From Octopus sinensis (taxonomy: Eukaryota), in NCBI RefSeq assembly GCF_006345805.1, contig NC_043006.1, forward strand, positions 17,050,001 through 17,114,000: DNA of 64,000 nucleotides. Reading direction: 5' to 3'. A program made the position numbers and the translations under genes. The notes under the pieces are model-generated. The model did no database searches and was not told the origin of the DNA. It worked only from the letters and a program-made list of their open reading frames with translations. This document shows positions 1-13,499 of the stretch, piece by piece; position 1 is the first letter of the stretch; every line of letters begins with the position of its first letter.

Positions 1-226
1 GTTTCCCCAGTTCTGAAAAAAATCGATAAATTCGACATGGGGTCGAGATTCGGAAACACGAACCACAAACTGTCTAGGGGACGCAGCTCCATCCTTTTTT
101 GACTCTCAAAAAAATATTTACCATCATTTTTTTCCATTTTTTTGCTATGTTTTGGCTATAACTCTCTAAAAATGCTTTATAGTTATTTCCCTTACAAACC
201 TGAGCAACGCCGGGCGATACTGCTAG
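1..226 (+). mobile_element. Non-autonomous Helitron, 3' part (5' end outside window)
   Basis: Ends in a hairpin-type motif (CCTGAGCAACGCCGGG) followed by CTAG at 223-226 and then T. Same family as 319-688. Confidence 0.75.
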
Positions 227-318
227 TGTTGGATAAAATCCTCCTGCATTTTCTTTTAACCAAAACCAAGAACTTCTCTGCACCCTTTTGTATGTTTAGA
301 GGGTAAGAATAAAATATA

Positions 319-688
319 CTAGCAGTATCGCCCGGCGTTGCTCGGGTTTGTAAGGGAAATAACTATAAAGCATTTTTAGAGAGTTATAGCCAAAAAATGG
401 GAAAAAAATGATGGTAAATTTTTTTTAGTTAAAAAGGTCGAGTTGCGTCCCCTAGACAGTCTGTGGTTTGTGTTTCTAATTCTCGACCCCATGTCGAATT
501 TATCGATTTTTTTCAGAACTGGGGGAACTTTTCAAAATTTTCTCTGCATTAGTTTTGAATTATGACATTGGGCTATGTGTGTGTCAAGTTTCATCAGAAT
601 CGGTTGAAAGCCGTGGTCAGGGTGAGGGTACAACCTAACAGACACACAGAAACACACACAGACAAACTGCCGTTTATATATAGAGAGA
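319..688 (-). mobile_element. Non-autonomous Helitron, complete (370 bp)
   Basis: On the minus strand it starts A|TC (TCTCTCTATATATAAA), ends with hairpin CCCGAGCAACGCCGGG plus CTAG|T, and has no TSD. These are the Helitron hallmarks. Confidence 0.8.
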
Positions 689-1046
689 TTAACCACAAGA
701 ACTGTAGGAGAAATAAGCACACACAAATCAATATATATGAGTGGGGTGTTGAAAATTTCCTGGATTTAAGGGTATCATGAAAGGACTGTTTGGAGGCCAA
801 CTTTTTGAGTTCTTTTACAGAATTTAGAAAAACTAAAGGACCACTGCAATAAGTGTGTGAATCCGAGAGGGGAATATGTTGAATAAAATCATAATTGATC
901 CTCTTGTATGTTCTTTTACCCAAAGACAGGAACTTTTCAGCACCACCTCGTGTGCTTACAGGGTAAAAATAAACTAGATTAACCACAAGGACTGTAGGAG
1001 AAATAAACACACAGACACACACACACAGAAATCAACACATAGAAGC

Positions 1047-1261
1047 TTAATCCTTCAGCATTTAGATTACACTGTCTCATGTAATGCATATTGAAATTCT
1101 TCTGAATTTATCATGCATTATTGCGTTGCTTTGAAATTTCAATGATGTGATTGTCTATTTTTAGAATGACATTGTAGGATAAGTGTGAGAGGCTATATCT
1201 GACTAGTCTGAACATAAAATATATGAGATGGTTATGATTCGCTTAAATGCTAAAAAGTTAA
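1047..1261 (+). mobile_element. MITE with TTAA ends (piggyBac-like non-autonomous element)
   Basis: TTAATCCTTCAGCATTTA...TAAATGCTAAAAAGTTAA imperfect terminal inverted repeats. Internal sequence shared with 32509-33137, 47000-47215 and 54272-54465. Confidence 0.65.
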
Positions 1262-1689
1262 TCACACAGATGCAGAATCTGCCAAGCTGACATTTACATT
1301 TTTTAATGTAATTAGAATAATTCTTAACTAGAATTTGATTTGATAGCAAAAGTAAATAAACACTAATGTTTAATAATTAAATGTAAAAATAAGACAAGAA
1401 AATTTGACATCTAGATAATAATGAACTGAGAAATTTATATCTGCACAATGATAAACAGCTATTAAATTAACTTCTGAGATATTAATGTAAATGATAATTA
1501 ACATGCATCATCATCCTTTAATGTCTATTTCCCATGATGGCATGAATTTGATTAGAGCTGGTTAGCAGGAGAGCTGCACCAGGTTTCAGTCTGACTTGAC
1601 TTGTTTCCTATGGCTGGGTGCTCTTCCTAACACCAAATACTTTACGGTATTATGTCAGATACTTTAACAGTTCTACCAATACATCATCA

Positions 1690-2640
1690 TTGTTTAATGT
1701 CTGCTTTCCATGCTGGCATGGGTTGGACAGTTTCACATGTCTGTTGTGGTATGGTTTCTACAGCTGGTTGCCAACCACTTAAAAGAGTGTGCTGAGTGCT
1801 TTATATGTACAGGTGCAATTACATAGCATTGGCACAGGTGCTTTTTAAGTGGCACTGGCACCTGAAAAGACAAGTCTGTATGTGTATAAGACAACAGTTT
1901 TACTTAGCTTGACGTGTCTTATCAAGTACAGGAAATTACCTCATCTCCCTGTCCCTTGTCATTTGCTCAGTGAAGCCCAGCATCCGAAGATCCTTTCCTA
2001 CCATTTTGTCCTAGTCTTCTGGGGTCCGCCCTTTCCACAGGTACCCTCCACAATTAGAGCTTGACACTTCTTTGTGCCGCTGTCCTCATCCAAACGCATC
2101 ACATAACCAAACCAGTGTAGTCTTTTCTCTTGCATACACATCTGATGCCCCTTATACCCAGTTTTCGTTTTGAATCATTCACACTGACATTACCCATTCA
2201 GTGGAGCATTTCTTTCAAGCCTTTCTAAGTCATTTGTAATCAAGGCCCAAGTTTCAATGCTATGTAACATAGCTGTATGTACAGAGGCATCATACAATCT
2301 GCCTTTCACTCTGAGGGAGAAGCCCTTAGTTACCAACAAAAGTAGAAACACTCTGAACTTTGCTCAGCCCATTCTCAGCCTGAAAGTATAGCAAGAACAC
2401 TTTCAGAACTCTCTTCATCACTGCTAACGTGTTCTCTTAGGTAACAGAAGCTATCTACTACTTCTAATGATCCACCTGAGCATTTGAGGGAGCCTGCTGT
2501 CTGCATATATCTAGTGCTTATTGTACCTGCACATTAGCTACACACAAAGACTATATTCTCTGTTAACCTTCCTTTGATGCTGCTACACCTCTTACATGTC
2601 CAATGCTTGCACTGGGTTATACATGATACAAGCCAATGAG
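1690..2640 (-). mobile_element. Degraded RTE LINE 3' region
   Basis: Aligns by eye with the C-terminal ORF and 3' UTR of the RTE at 34227-37730; many stops. Confidence 0.6.
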
Positions 2641-3605
2641 GGAGCATCTGTGCAGGTGCTTGACCTGTTGTTAAAAATAGTAGTCAAATCTCTCTCTAAA
2701 ATCATATCTTATTGTCTTTAAAAAAAAAAAAGGACACACTGGTTAATATAGTCCTAGGTATACAATGTCTGAAAAAGATAACATGGTCTTTGATCATAGG
2801 ACTGTTTAATGAAGGCTAACTGTGAGCTAAACAACAACTTGTAAATATTTCAGCATAATTTTGTTTCATTTTATCTAATAAATGCCTTTTCCTATCTAAA
2901 CATGCAACTCAAGTACTTTAAAATTTATAGATAAATACTCTGTTTTAAGTTGAGTAATTTTGTTGTTAAAATGAAAAGGTGATTTAACCAGCCAATTAGC
3001 TATGTTAAGTACTGGTGTTGGATAACTCAAAGTATTTGCAGAGTTCAGGGAAATAGATAATAAAAATAATAATAATGTAGGCTGAGATACACTAAGTTTG
3101 AAAATGAAATAAAAACAAACAAGATACCTGGTCACAGCTGGAATGTCTTTTATATGTCAACTTGATCAATGAATCAAAAACTTACTATCACTATGTCAGT
3201 TTGGTAAAGTTTACATTGCAACCATGTAGCCTCAAATATGAGCCCATGTGGCAGTAAGGGTAAACATGTGGGCCTAAGTACATGGCATCTTGGGCAAGTG
3301 TCTACTTAAGTGTTAAGCTGACCAATGCCTTCTGAGTGATATTTGCAAATGGAAACTGCACAGAAGCCGGTTTATATGAGGTTTGTGTGTCTGGAGATAA
3401 TGTATTCAATAGAAACAGAGTGGGAAAGCCTGACTTCATTGAAGAAGTCTCAGCATGCTGCAGAAACACCAGAGTAACAGCTTGCTGGACCAGCTTAAGT
3501 AAACTCTGTGTGTGTGCATGCACTATGTGCAGGGTGTGCATGCATGCATGTGTGTACACACACATTTATCTGTTCTTGGATAATGATCTAGAAAAAGAGT
3601 ACTCA

Positions 3606-3879
3606 ATCATCATCATCATCATCGTTTAACGTCCGCTTTCCATGCTAGCATAGGTTGGACGGTTCAACTGGGGTCTGGGAAGCCCGAAGGCTGCACCAGG
3701 CCAGTCAGATCTGGCAGTGTTTCTACAGCTGGATGCCCTTCCTAACGCCAACCACTCCGAGAGTGTAGTAGGTGATTTTATGTGCCACCGACACAGGTGC
3801 CAGACGAGGCTGGCAGACGGCCACGCTCGGATGGTGTTTTTTATGTGCCACCGACACAGGTGCCAGACGAGGCTGGCAG
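3606..3879 (-). mobile_element. 5'-truncated RTE 3' tail copy
   Basis: Near-identical to 34227-34480, with (GAT)n tail and GTGCC-NNT-GGCAC repeats. Confidence 0.85.
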
Positions 3880-4159
3880 AACAGAGTACAATAGTTTGAC
3901 TTGTCTGATGAAGCAGTGGAATGCTGCAGAAACTCCAAGGTAATGGGCTGCTAAACTAGCTTAAACTACTTACATATGCATGTGCATGCACAAGAGTGTG
4001 TGTGAGGCAGTCTCTATGCCAGTCTTTATTTTAAGACCACTTGAAAAATTGTGGTCGATATAAGTGGCTAAAATCTTTCAAGTAAGTAAATGTAAGATTT
4101 AAGCACTTATAAATTTATAGAAAATGTTCTGAACAGTTTTGAGTGGTATAAATTTACTG

Positions 4160-4257
4160 TTAAAGTCCGTTACTCTCAAATAATGATTTTAGATTAAATC
4201 CCTGAATTTCTTTGTGTTCCAGAGTCATATCTACGATTGTATATGGGGGCCCTATTA
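4160..4257 (-). CDS. Candidate terminal coding exon of an unidentified minus-strand gene
   Basis: Acceptor TGTTTATTTCAG, open frame xIGPPYTIVDMTLEHKEIQGFNLKSLFESNGL*, and AATAAA about 130 nt downstream (plus-strand TTTATT 4025-4030). No homologue recognised. Confidence 0.3.
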
Positions 4258-4639
4258 CTGAAATAAACATTTCTGCAGGCAGAGTTTGAACTCAGAATTT
4301 TCATTTCAAGGACCCATACAATCAATAATAAAAAAGCAAACTTTTTTAGAAGTAATAAACAGATTCGTGCTATCACGCAAATAAATCTATTAAAGCGAGA
4401 GATGATGTAAATTGAGTTATTTCTTTGTTGGACCTAATCAACAAACCTATGATCAAAAGCATTCAACTATGATCATCCCAACTTTCACTTCAGACATTAT
4501 TTATGCAGGACTACATCATCCAATACATCTTTTCCTTTTCTTAAAATGGCAGAATGTAACTTGAGGGAGAGCCGGCCACTATTTCTTAGCAGGATGAACA
4601 ATCACAAGTAGGGCTGTTGATGTTATTGCTGAGTAGCCA

Positions 4640-5400
4640 TTGTCATTCTGCTCTTTCACTTTCACTATATCAAACTTCTGTCTGATTTCCAACCATAATT
4701 TACATTGTCATGCAATAAAAGGAAACTCAGGTTATTTTCTTGATGTCTTCTGCCTTCTTTGTCTGTCTCTTATAGCCATGCAGCATCACACATTTGGTGA
4801 ACTGTTTTCTCAGAAAGAAACTTTGTTTCTAACAAAACTGTAACCCTTACTTTTAGAGCCTTACTTTTATTAACCATGAAGAAGTCTTTCCGATTAAAGC
4901 CCATTTTTTAAAGCCTAAAACTAATACTTCTTCTGTCCTGTGCTGTGCTAGGCTTTACAATGAAAATCAAGTATTGCCCAGCTGTTTCTAAGAGCATCTA
5001 GATTTATGAATAATAAGCCTCAGTGACTTCTCTGCTGTTAACCCTAAATTCTTCACAAACTACATGGCTACCAACTCCTGACAGGTCCCAGGCCTTCATT
5101 CATGACCTGGATAGCTCTCTCAAGCAACTTTTATTCAGCTACCATTCTCATTAATCCCCAGCCTGCAGACCATGGAACCCCATCAAATGCCTTCTCTCGA
5201 TTAACAAATGCAGTGTTGTTTATTCTTTGTGGAAGATGTTTTTGTTATTCTTATTGTTGACTACAAAAACTATACAACAGCTGTAGCACTTGTAGTCCCA
5301 TGTTGTGGCACAAACCCAAGTTGCACCCGCTCAAGTACATTGTCTTTGTTATCAGCTTCATCACATTGTTCACGAGTCTGAGACCCCTACAATTATTTTA
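4640..5400 (-). mobile_element. Highly degraded RTE reverse-transcriptase fragment
   Basis: Minus-strand translation retains remnants such as GLRLVNNVMKL, QLGFVP..GTT and AFVNREKAFDGVP, matching the RT motifs of the 35912-37708 ORF. Confidence 0.6.
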
Positions 5401-5989
5401 TCTCTCTTTGAACAATAGATGCACAATATTTTTTATCATGATAATCACATGTTTGACCGTAACTATACAGAACTAAGGTAATTACATCTATAGTTCATTA
5501 AAATTCCTTTCTCATACATAAAAAAATAAAAGTAGTTTGCATACATGAGAGCAACAGTGGATGACATAGAACTTAATAACGGGGGTAGAAGAGTAATAGC
5601 TATTAAAAAGGAGTAAGGCAATGTAGAGACAATATGTGACAAGCTGAGTGTAAGTTGAGGAAATGATTAAACATGAGAATCAATATCAACACAGATGACT
5701 GCATTGGTATGTAAGAACCAATGACGTAACCAGAGTAGAAAAGTGATTGTGAAAGGCAATAAATGGTAATCAGAGTGAAAGAAATGTAAAAGAGAAAGTC
5801 AGGCAACTAAGATTTTAGACAGTTATGTAGGCACAAGCAGGGCTGTGTGGTTAAAAAAAAAAGTTTTGTTGTTTTTGTAAAATCTCAGAAAATAATTAAA
5901 AATTCACATTTTTTATCAAATTATTTTGTTATATTTGTCTATCTATCCAACTGTAAACATTTTAAATATTTCACTAACTTTTGGTAAAA

Positions 5990-6700
5990 GGGTACTTCCC
6001 AACCACATGGTTTTGGGTTCAGTCCCACTGCTTGGTAACTTGGGCAAGTGTTTTCTACTACAGCTCTGGACCAATCAAAGTCTTGTGAATGAATCTAGTA
6101 GATGGAAACTGAAAGAAGCCCATGCATGCACATGTGTTTGTGTTCCTATATTTGTGCTGCTCTCCAACCACTTAGTTCGGGGTTCAGTTTGACTGTGTGG
6201 CACTTTGCTCAAATGTCTTCTACTATAGCTTCAGGCCAACAAAAGTCTTGTAAGTGGATTTGGTAGATGGAAACTAAGAGAAGCCCATCATGTGTGTGTG
6301 TGTGTGTGCATCTTTGCATTTGTCCCCCACCACCACTTGACAACTAGTGTTAGTTTTTTTTTACTTCAGTCTAACTTAGCAGTTTGCCAAAGAGAGACTA
6401 ATAGAATAAGTACCAGGTTTAAAAAATATAAATACTGGGGTTGATTTTTTTCCCATTAAACCTTTCAAGGAAGTGCCCCAGCATGGCCACAATCTGATGC
6501 TCAACACAAGATAAAAAATGTATATATTCATTAATTACAAGCATGGTTGCGTGGTTAAGAGGTCTGCTTCCCAACCATGTGATTTCAGGTTCAGTGCCAT
6601 AGTGAGTCACATTAAGCAAGTGTCTTCTACAACAGTCCTCAACCGATCAAAGCCTTGTGAGTGGACCTGATAGACGGAAGCCTATCAAAAGTGTGTATGT
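5990..6700 (+). mobile_element. Cluster of degraded tRNA-derived SINEs (family S1)
   Basis: Repeated AACCACATGGTT..GGTTCAGTCCCACTG..CTTGGGCAAGTGTCTTCTACTA..GATGGAAACTGAAAGAAGCCC modules, as in 46596-46981. Confidence 0.7.
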
Positions 6701-8425
6701 GTATCTGACATTACTAGATGGTTGAATATATGTGTCACCTTCATATGAGTTGTGTTGTTTGTTTCTAAGCTTGCATGAAAATATGTCCAACCACAGGGAA
6801 ATATCTTGCTTTGAGACGGATGAGAACTGGCGATAGGAAGGGTACCTGGCCATAAAAAATCTGCCTCAACAAATTCCATTTGGCGCATGCAAGCATGGAA
6901 AAGAGGATGTTAAAATGATGATGATGATTTATTAGTCTGAAGTGAAGCATCGATATTAATAGAATTCCGAAAATCTTTCACATAGCGATTGAAGACCATG
7001 CAGATAATATTTCAATTTGAATTGCTACACTTTAGAAGTTAGAAAGCAACCAAAGGACAAAAAAGAATCCCAGAGGAATCTAACTTTTAGAAAGGATAAA
7101 TTAAAAATAATTACTATGAAATCTTGAAGTAGGACGTAGTAGGAATGGTGAGAGAAGAGAATACATTGATACATTGAACAGGTTTCAGTGAGGAGGGCTA
7201 GTGTTTGCAAGTTTAAATAGGTACAGATTACTGTAGTTAGTATAAAAAGGGAAATAGCGAACAGAATTTGACAGAGAGGTGTGCATGTGTGTGAAGAGAC
7301 TGAAGTGTGTGTGTATGCATGTTTTGATTTAACTATGAAGCTGCAGAGAGCATTTCTTTACAAGTAACATAGATTTTTTTAAGTGCTACAAACCAAGTTA
7401 ATTAACATAGTTTTGTGTCACAGATTACTAATGGTATCATCGCTGCTCCATGCTAGCATGGTTTGGATGAGTTGTCATGGTCCAAGTCAGTTCTTATTGG
7501 GAGTTACTGCCTTCATGGATGGGTTAGAGGACTGTCACTCTCATACATTTCATTTTGGACTTGGCTTCTCTGGCTGGATGCTATTCCTGTCACCAGTCAC
7601 ATTACAGTATGTACTGGGGGCATTTTATCATGACACCAACACTGCAGAAGGTGTTACGCCCCTAGCAAGACGAGACATAAGGGTCCCTTGACTCTACATT
7701 TTTTCCATTTCTCTCTCACTTATTTTTGCAAACCACATTAGAGAATGTAGAGAGTATCTTTTACTGTGGCACCAATACAAGAAGGGTTGTTTTGTACACT
7801 GTAAAATAAAACAGAGTTCTCACAATTCTGAAATGTGCACATCTGCTAAAAGCAGTCAAACCAAGGAGGTGAATAAAAGAGAAACTTATGACATAAGAGA
7901 AGCTGGAATGGATGGGTGAAAAGAGCAGCAAGAAGTGGAAGTGGAGAGAAATGAGGATGAATATGATGATAGAAATCAGTGTAACTGGGATGAGGTCGTG
8001 AGAAACAAAGTAATGGGTAATAACAGAGATGGACAATGGTAAGAATTAGTGGTGGATGTCAATGAGAAGTGTCCATGAGGAGATTGAATGATGACTGGTA
8101 GTAGAGAAAGAGTGAAGGTAGAGTGTATTGAGTACAAACAGGTATGACGCAATCTCTTGTACATAGGCTTTCAGATCGGTAAGTAGTGTGATGAGGATGG
8201 TAGGAGGACTGACTGCAGGTAAATCTTGTGATTTGTCATTGTATGAATGGCATGAGTGATAGAGAGATGAATGGAAAGAAGATGAGTGATTGGAGACGAA
8301 CAACAGAGACGAAAGAGGTGCGAAAAATGCAGGTAAACAACAGATTAGACTAGACAGCATATACGTATGTATGAGTGTGTGTGTTTATGTATATATATAT
8401 TTGTGTGTGTATATATATACACACA

Positions 8426-8654
8426 GGTGGCGATCTGGCAAAAACATTAGCACGCCAGGCGACATGCTTAGCGGTATTTCGTCTGCTGTTATGCTCTGAG
8501 TTCAAATTCCACCGAGGTCGACTTTGCCTTTCATCCTTTCGGGGTCGATAAATAAAGTACCAGTTATGCACTGGGGTCGATGTAATCGACTTAATCCCTT
8601 TGTCTGTTCTTGTTTGTCCCCTCTATGTTTAGCCCCTGTGGGCAATAAAGAAAT
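8426..8654 (+). mobile_element. tRNA-derived SINE (family S2)
   Basis: GGTGGCGATCTGGCA head, B-box-like GAGTTCAAATTCC, central TTGCCTTTCATCCTTTCGGGGTCGATAAA, AATAAAGAAATA tail; copies at 42417, 43110 and 51693. Confidence 0.8.
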
Positions 8655-8959
8655 ATATATATACACACATGCATATATACACATTATGCCTCTCAGCCTC
8701 CATCATTGTCATAATTTTAAACATTCAAATTGTCACAATTGCATGGTTGCCAAGATTTTCTCCATTATTGCACATCACCTACTGATATAGTCCTTTATCA
8801 TCTCCCTCATGTGACATCACATCTTGAGATTAGTCTTTCTTGGTCTTCCTCTTACACAGGTTCCATTCACTTTGAGTGCACAGCATTTCCTTATACAGCT
8901 GTCATCCCCCATACACATCATATACTCATACCAGCCACAATCTTCCCTCCTGTGCACTG

Positions 8960-10581
8960 CAGTAGCGCTTGTAATATAGTGGTTAGTAAGAACAAGTGTA
9001 TTGAAATATTTATTACAGAAGATCAACAAAACAATGAGACTAGATATTATACACATATTTAGATACATCTAGTATCTATCCTTTGTGAAGATTTCAAGTG
9101 AATGGAATAAATATTTCGTAAGCTATGAGGAAATAAACAAATAATCTTCCAAATTGCAATGACCAAAGGTTAAGGGTCACTTAGAAAAACAATGAAAAGT
9201 GGAATAAGAACAAAAAGGAAGCCCTCATAATTAATATTTTGTGAACATCCCTTTACTATCAATGATCTCCTGACATCTGTTACCACGGGACTGAATTAAT
9301 TTCTTGCAAAATGATGGAGTAATATTGTTCCATTCGTTTTTCAATAATTCCCAGAGACCATCTTGCTTCTTTGGATTTCTCCTTCCAGCCCCGTCTCCAA
9401 TAATCTTCCAAACGTTTTCTTTAGGGTCAAGATCAGGGCTTTGAGATGACCAGTCCATGAGATCAACCATTTCATCTCTCAAAAAACCTTTGACTCTCTT
9501 CGCAGTGTGGTAGGGAGCGTTGTCCTGCACGAAGATAGGGAGTTGAACTGACGAGGATCGGAGATGTGGAAAGACATGCTGTCTAAGAATCTGCTTGTAG
9601 ATTTCAGCATTGACAGTCCCTTGTAGGCAAATAAGTGAACCAGGACCAGCAGCAGAGATCACTCCCCATACTATTACACTGCATCCTCCATATTTCACTG
9701 TCTTTTTCACACATGCACGGGATAACCTTTCGCCACTTCTTCGTCGTACGTACATCCTGCCATCGGAACCAATCATATTAAACTTCGATTCATCGCTAAA
9801 ATGAACCTGCGACCACTGTTCTTCAGTTCAAACGACATGTTTGTGAGTGAAATGAAGACAGGCTCTAATTCTTCTTGGAGATCAGAGGTTTCTTTGCCAG
9901 TGCCTGAGAAAGCAACCCAGAACCTCATAACCTCTGAAAAACTGTTTTGTGTGATATGTTGACATCAGAAGTGGAGCTAAACTTGCGGGGTATCTCAGCA
10001 GCACTCATAAACCTATCCTTCAATGACATTCTAACCATAATACAATCCTCGATTGGTGAAGTTTTACGCGGTCTACTGGTTTGGGGTTTAGCATCTATCA
10101 ATCCTAATGACTTAAAATGAGCTACAATTCATTACACAACATTTCTAGACTTTCCTACAGTAGTTGCTATCACAGAATTTGATTTGCCCTCTTGGTGAAG
10201 GCACACAATCCTTTGTTTTCCATCACAGGATACTAGTCATCTCTCACAAGCTGCCATAGTGACAGTTGAATGTTCCAATAATGTAATATCATAAGAAGTA
10301 ACTGTTAGCCCATTAATAGTCTTCTAAACAACAAATACCTCGGTTAGTAATTCCCTTTTTCTATGTGACCCTTAACTTTTGGCAGGTGCAATTTGGAAGA
10401 TTGCTTATTTCCTCATAACTCACGAAATATTTATTCTATTCACTTGAACTTTTCAAGACAGATAGATATTAGATATATCTAGGTATGTGTAAAATATCTT
10501 GTCTCAACGTGTTGTCAATCTTCGAAAATAACTATTTCAATACACTTGTACTTACTGACCCTTATATTATGGCTGCCACTG
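8960..10581 (-). mobile_element. Complete Tc1-family DNA transposon (1622 bp) with ~230-bp terminal inverted repeats
   Basis: Ends CAGT...ACTG, with TA on the right (10582-83) and TG on the left (8958-59). Long TIRs align by eye and enclose a DDE transposase. Confidence 0.9.
9231..10260 (-). pseudogene. Tc1 DDE transposase pseudogene
   Basis: C-terminal ORF has VIVWGVIS, FVQDNAPYHT and WSSQSPDLDPKENVW. The N-terminal HTH region with SRPRKT carries in-frame stops. Confidence 0.9.
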
Positions 10582-13499
10582 TATATCTAGTGCCCTTTAT
10601 ATCCAGATTTTCTCTCAATTCAACAATATTCTATCATTCATGTACACTGACATTACACATCCAGTGAAGCATGTATACTTCATTTCTTTCCAGTCCACAT
10701 CTTACCTTGCTGTCATGTAGCAGTACACTTCATACACAAGCATCATACAATCTACTCTTCCCTCGGGTGAAGAAGTCCATCGTTACTAGCAGAAGTTATA
10801 GCTTACAAAATCATTTTCTATAAAACTCATTCTTACTCTGGCTACTATGCTTTCAAAGCACTCTCCTGCTGCTAATAAGATCACCGCGGTTGCAGAAGCT
10901 ATCGACTATTTCTAAAGAACCTTCTGGGTATTTGGTAGAAACCATTTCCTGTGTGCTCTTAGTGTTTATTGTCGCCGAGTACCTGCTGAATATTGAAGTT
11001 TGTTTCTCTGTGATTCCAAGACACTTCTTGAGCGTCCATGGCCATTTCCCTGATAAAGTCAATATTTACTAATTTAACAAGGGTAAAGTTTGTTTTTTTA
11101 TATCCAAATGCCTTCCTTAACTAAACATTCTAAATGTATGTTAATATCAGCTTCCATGCATGTAAACATATATTTTGGGCACGTGTTCATCTCTGAGTGA
11201 GAGCCGACTGTGTGTGTGCATGTGTGTGAGGGCCGTCATAGGAGCATTATGGGTTAAAACTGGCAAGGGCCTCTGGGGAAACCACACAGTGTGACCGTAA
11301 CCTATGATGGCGTTGTGGTATGCAGGTTGGAACAAAAGCATACAAAATTTCAGACGCAATATTTAACTGCTATTTATGTTATCGATCTCAGGTTAAAAGA
11401 AAGGCAAAAATCAAAACAACTACTTAAAAATGAAAGCTAATCCGGCGTTCTGCCCTTTGTCATACAACCATCCCTCATATTAACATTATCATAATGAATA
11501 TAAATAAATTTTCAAAGTATTATTTCAATTGTAAACCCAATTTCCGCTTGATAATATATAATGTATGTAGGAAGAGCATAGTCCATTTACTGATTAGTGT
11601 TCAGCAAGGATTAAAAAAACAGAAAAAAAGATACTGCGAGATTTGAACTCACAAATATAGGACACCCAACAATAGTTTCGATACGCGCTGACTTTCACAA
11701 CATAAGAAAAGGCGACAAGAAAGCTTCTGTTGTTTCTTGACCCGTTAGAATTTGCATCCAAATCTCTCTCAAATCACACACTTAAAGGAACAGTATATCG
11801 AAGGAACAGTAAATATAATATAGCCCTACACAATCCTTAAAAGACGGGATCGCCACGACTGGAGTGCTTTTGATCAGACAGAAGCCTGCGTGTTTGATTA
11901 GAGCTGGCCTGGTGCTAAACAATTCAACTGAGGAACAGAAACGGTGTCTCTTCTATAAGAGAATAAATAATTAACTGCAAATGGTGTAATGAAAGCCACT
12001 TGAAAACATCTTGTTACCTCGTCTCCATCCGACACTCTTAATCATACAAATTATGCTGCATGTGCGGTGCATGCAAGCACCTGTGTGAGCGTGTGCCTTT
12101 ATGCATGTGCGCGTTTGTGTGTGCATGAATCATAGATCCTGTGCATGCTCATTCATGCATATAAAATGCGTTTACTGTTGATTACATGTGGTTATATATT
12201 TGTGCTACTAATTGATTCTTTTTCGATAATACTCATACGTGTATGTATGTATGTATGTATGTATGTATATATTATGTATGTATATTAGACATGGGGCCCT
12301 ACAATTGTGAATTCAAAGGGATCTGGGGTTGTCTAGTTTCGGAGTGTATGAGTAAGGGGGTGTGATTCGTAATCTGAAGCGAGGACCGATGGAAACGAAA
12401 GCTAGCAAATACTAATACTGACGACAATAACGCTGAAACAAATCACATACAGAAATACTAAAAAGAATAAGGATTAAGACGAATTAAAAATTAGTATAAT
12501 TCATCAGAGTGGGGGACAGACTTCAAATAAATATAACGTATAGCTTCGACAGTCTAATGACATCTATTTTATAAGAGCAATCAACAAACAAACGGCCTAG
12601 TGGTGGTTTTATTTCGTCTGTTCGCTTTCTGTGATTAATTAGATACATTACGAAATTATCTCCGTAAAATAAATCGAGGCGATGATTTTTTATATTTCCA
12701 AATCGAATTATGTTAAGAAGAACGTAAAAGATAATAGACAGCGTAAATTCCTAGCATTCGATTAAATAATTAAAAAGCAAAGCACTAACAAGCGAGATTT
12801 TTGCTATATCTACATCATAGATTTAGGAGGCGGATCCTTCCTTGCGTGCTTCCCAACAGAATAAAGCAACCACAACACTATAACAATATTATAGATTGTT
12901 GAATATAACAAAAACAAGAATTGGATTTGAAATGATATCTAAAAACTCAATTGTTAACTAACTAATTTGATAAATTATAGTACCTATTTTAAATTTCAAC
13001 CGGTAATTATCATGATAAATTAGGAAAGCCACAATCAAAAGGGTATGCAAATAAAAGTCAATAACGAAACCTGATAAAAACTGTATTACTGCAGTATTAT
13101 CACACAATTAGCTCTGTGTGATATTCTGAATATCTCAGTTAATGATAACTACTAAATGATTGCAGGATTTGCTTCCTTTCCTTTATTAAATTCCAATATA
13201 TGTTTATTTTATGCATAGATATAAATTTCAATTTATCGGTTTATTTATGGTGAAATAGCAACTATATGCTTCAAACATGCACACAGATTTTTATTGCATG
13301 TGTAATTATGCAGCCGTGCATTAATTTGAGCGCAAAATAAAATAATGAAGTAGAAAAGAGGTAACGACGGGTGAATCTTTAAACCGCTTATTCAATAATA
13401 CTCTTGAAATATTTTGTGAGGAAGTGTGGATTTAAAAGGTTAGATTTAAAAAACTTAGATGTATGTTATTGATTGATTGATTGAAAATATATATTTAAA

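Larger units (their letters stand above)
8790..11060 (-). mobile_element. Old RTE fragment split by the Tc1 insertion (8790-8957 and 10584-11060)
   Basis: Left piece encodes CIRKCCALKVNGTCVRGRPRKT. Right piece contains CACTGACATTACACATCC. The two pieces are contiguous in the intact RTE at about 34980-35085. Confidence 0.7.

Noticed and set aside
686-1010. ~35-bp direct repeat AGATTAACCACAAG.ACTGTAGGAGAAATAA at about 686 and 976
   Set aside because: Real, but I could not assign an element between the copies; probably a small local duplication.
3900-3940. CTGATGA..GCAG/CTGC..GAAA hammerhead-like string
   Set aside because: Extra base before GAAA and no formable stem III; too degenerate to call.
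12805-12935. Minus-strand frame ISFQIQFLFLLYSTIYNIVIVLWLLYSVGKHARKDPPPKSMM* after an AG
   Set aside because: Hydrophobicity is expected from T-rich DNA; no homology or independent support.
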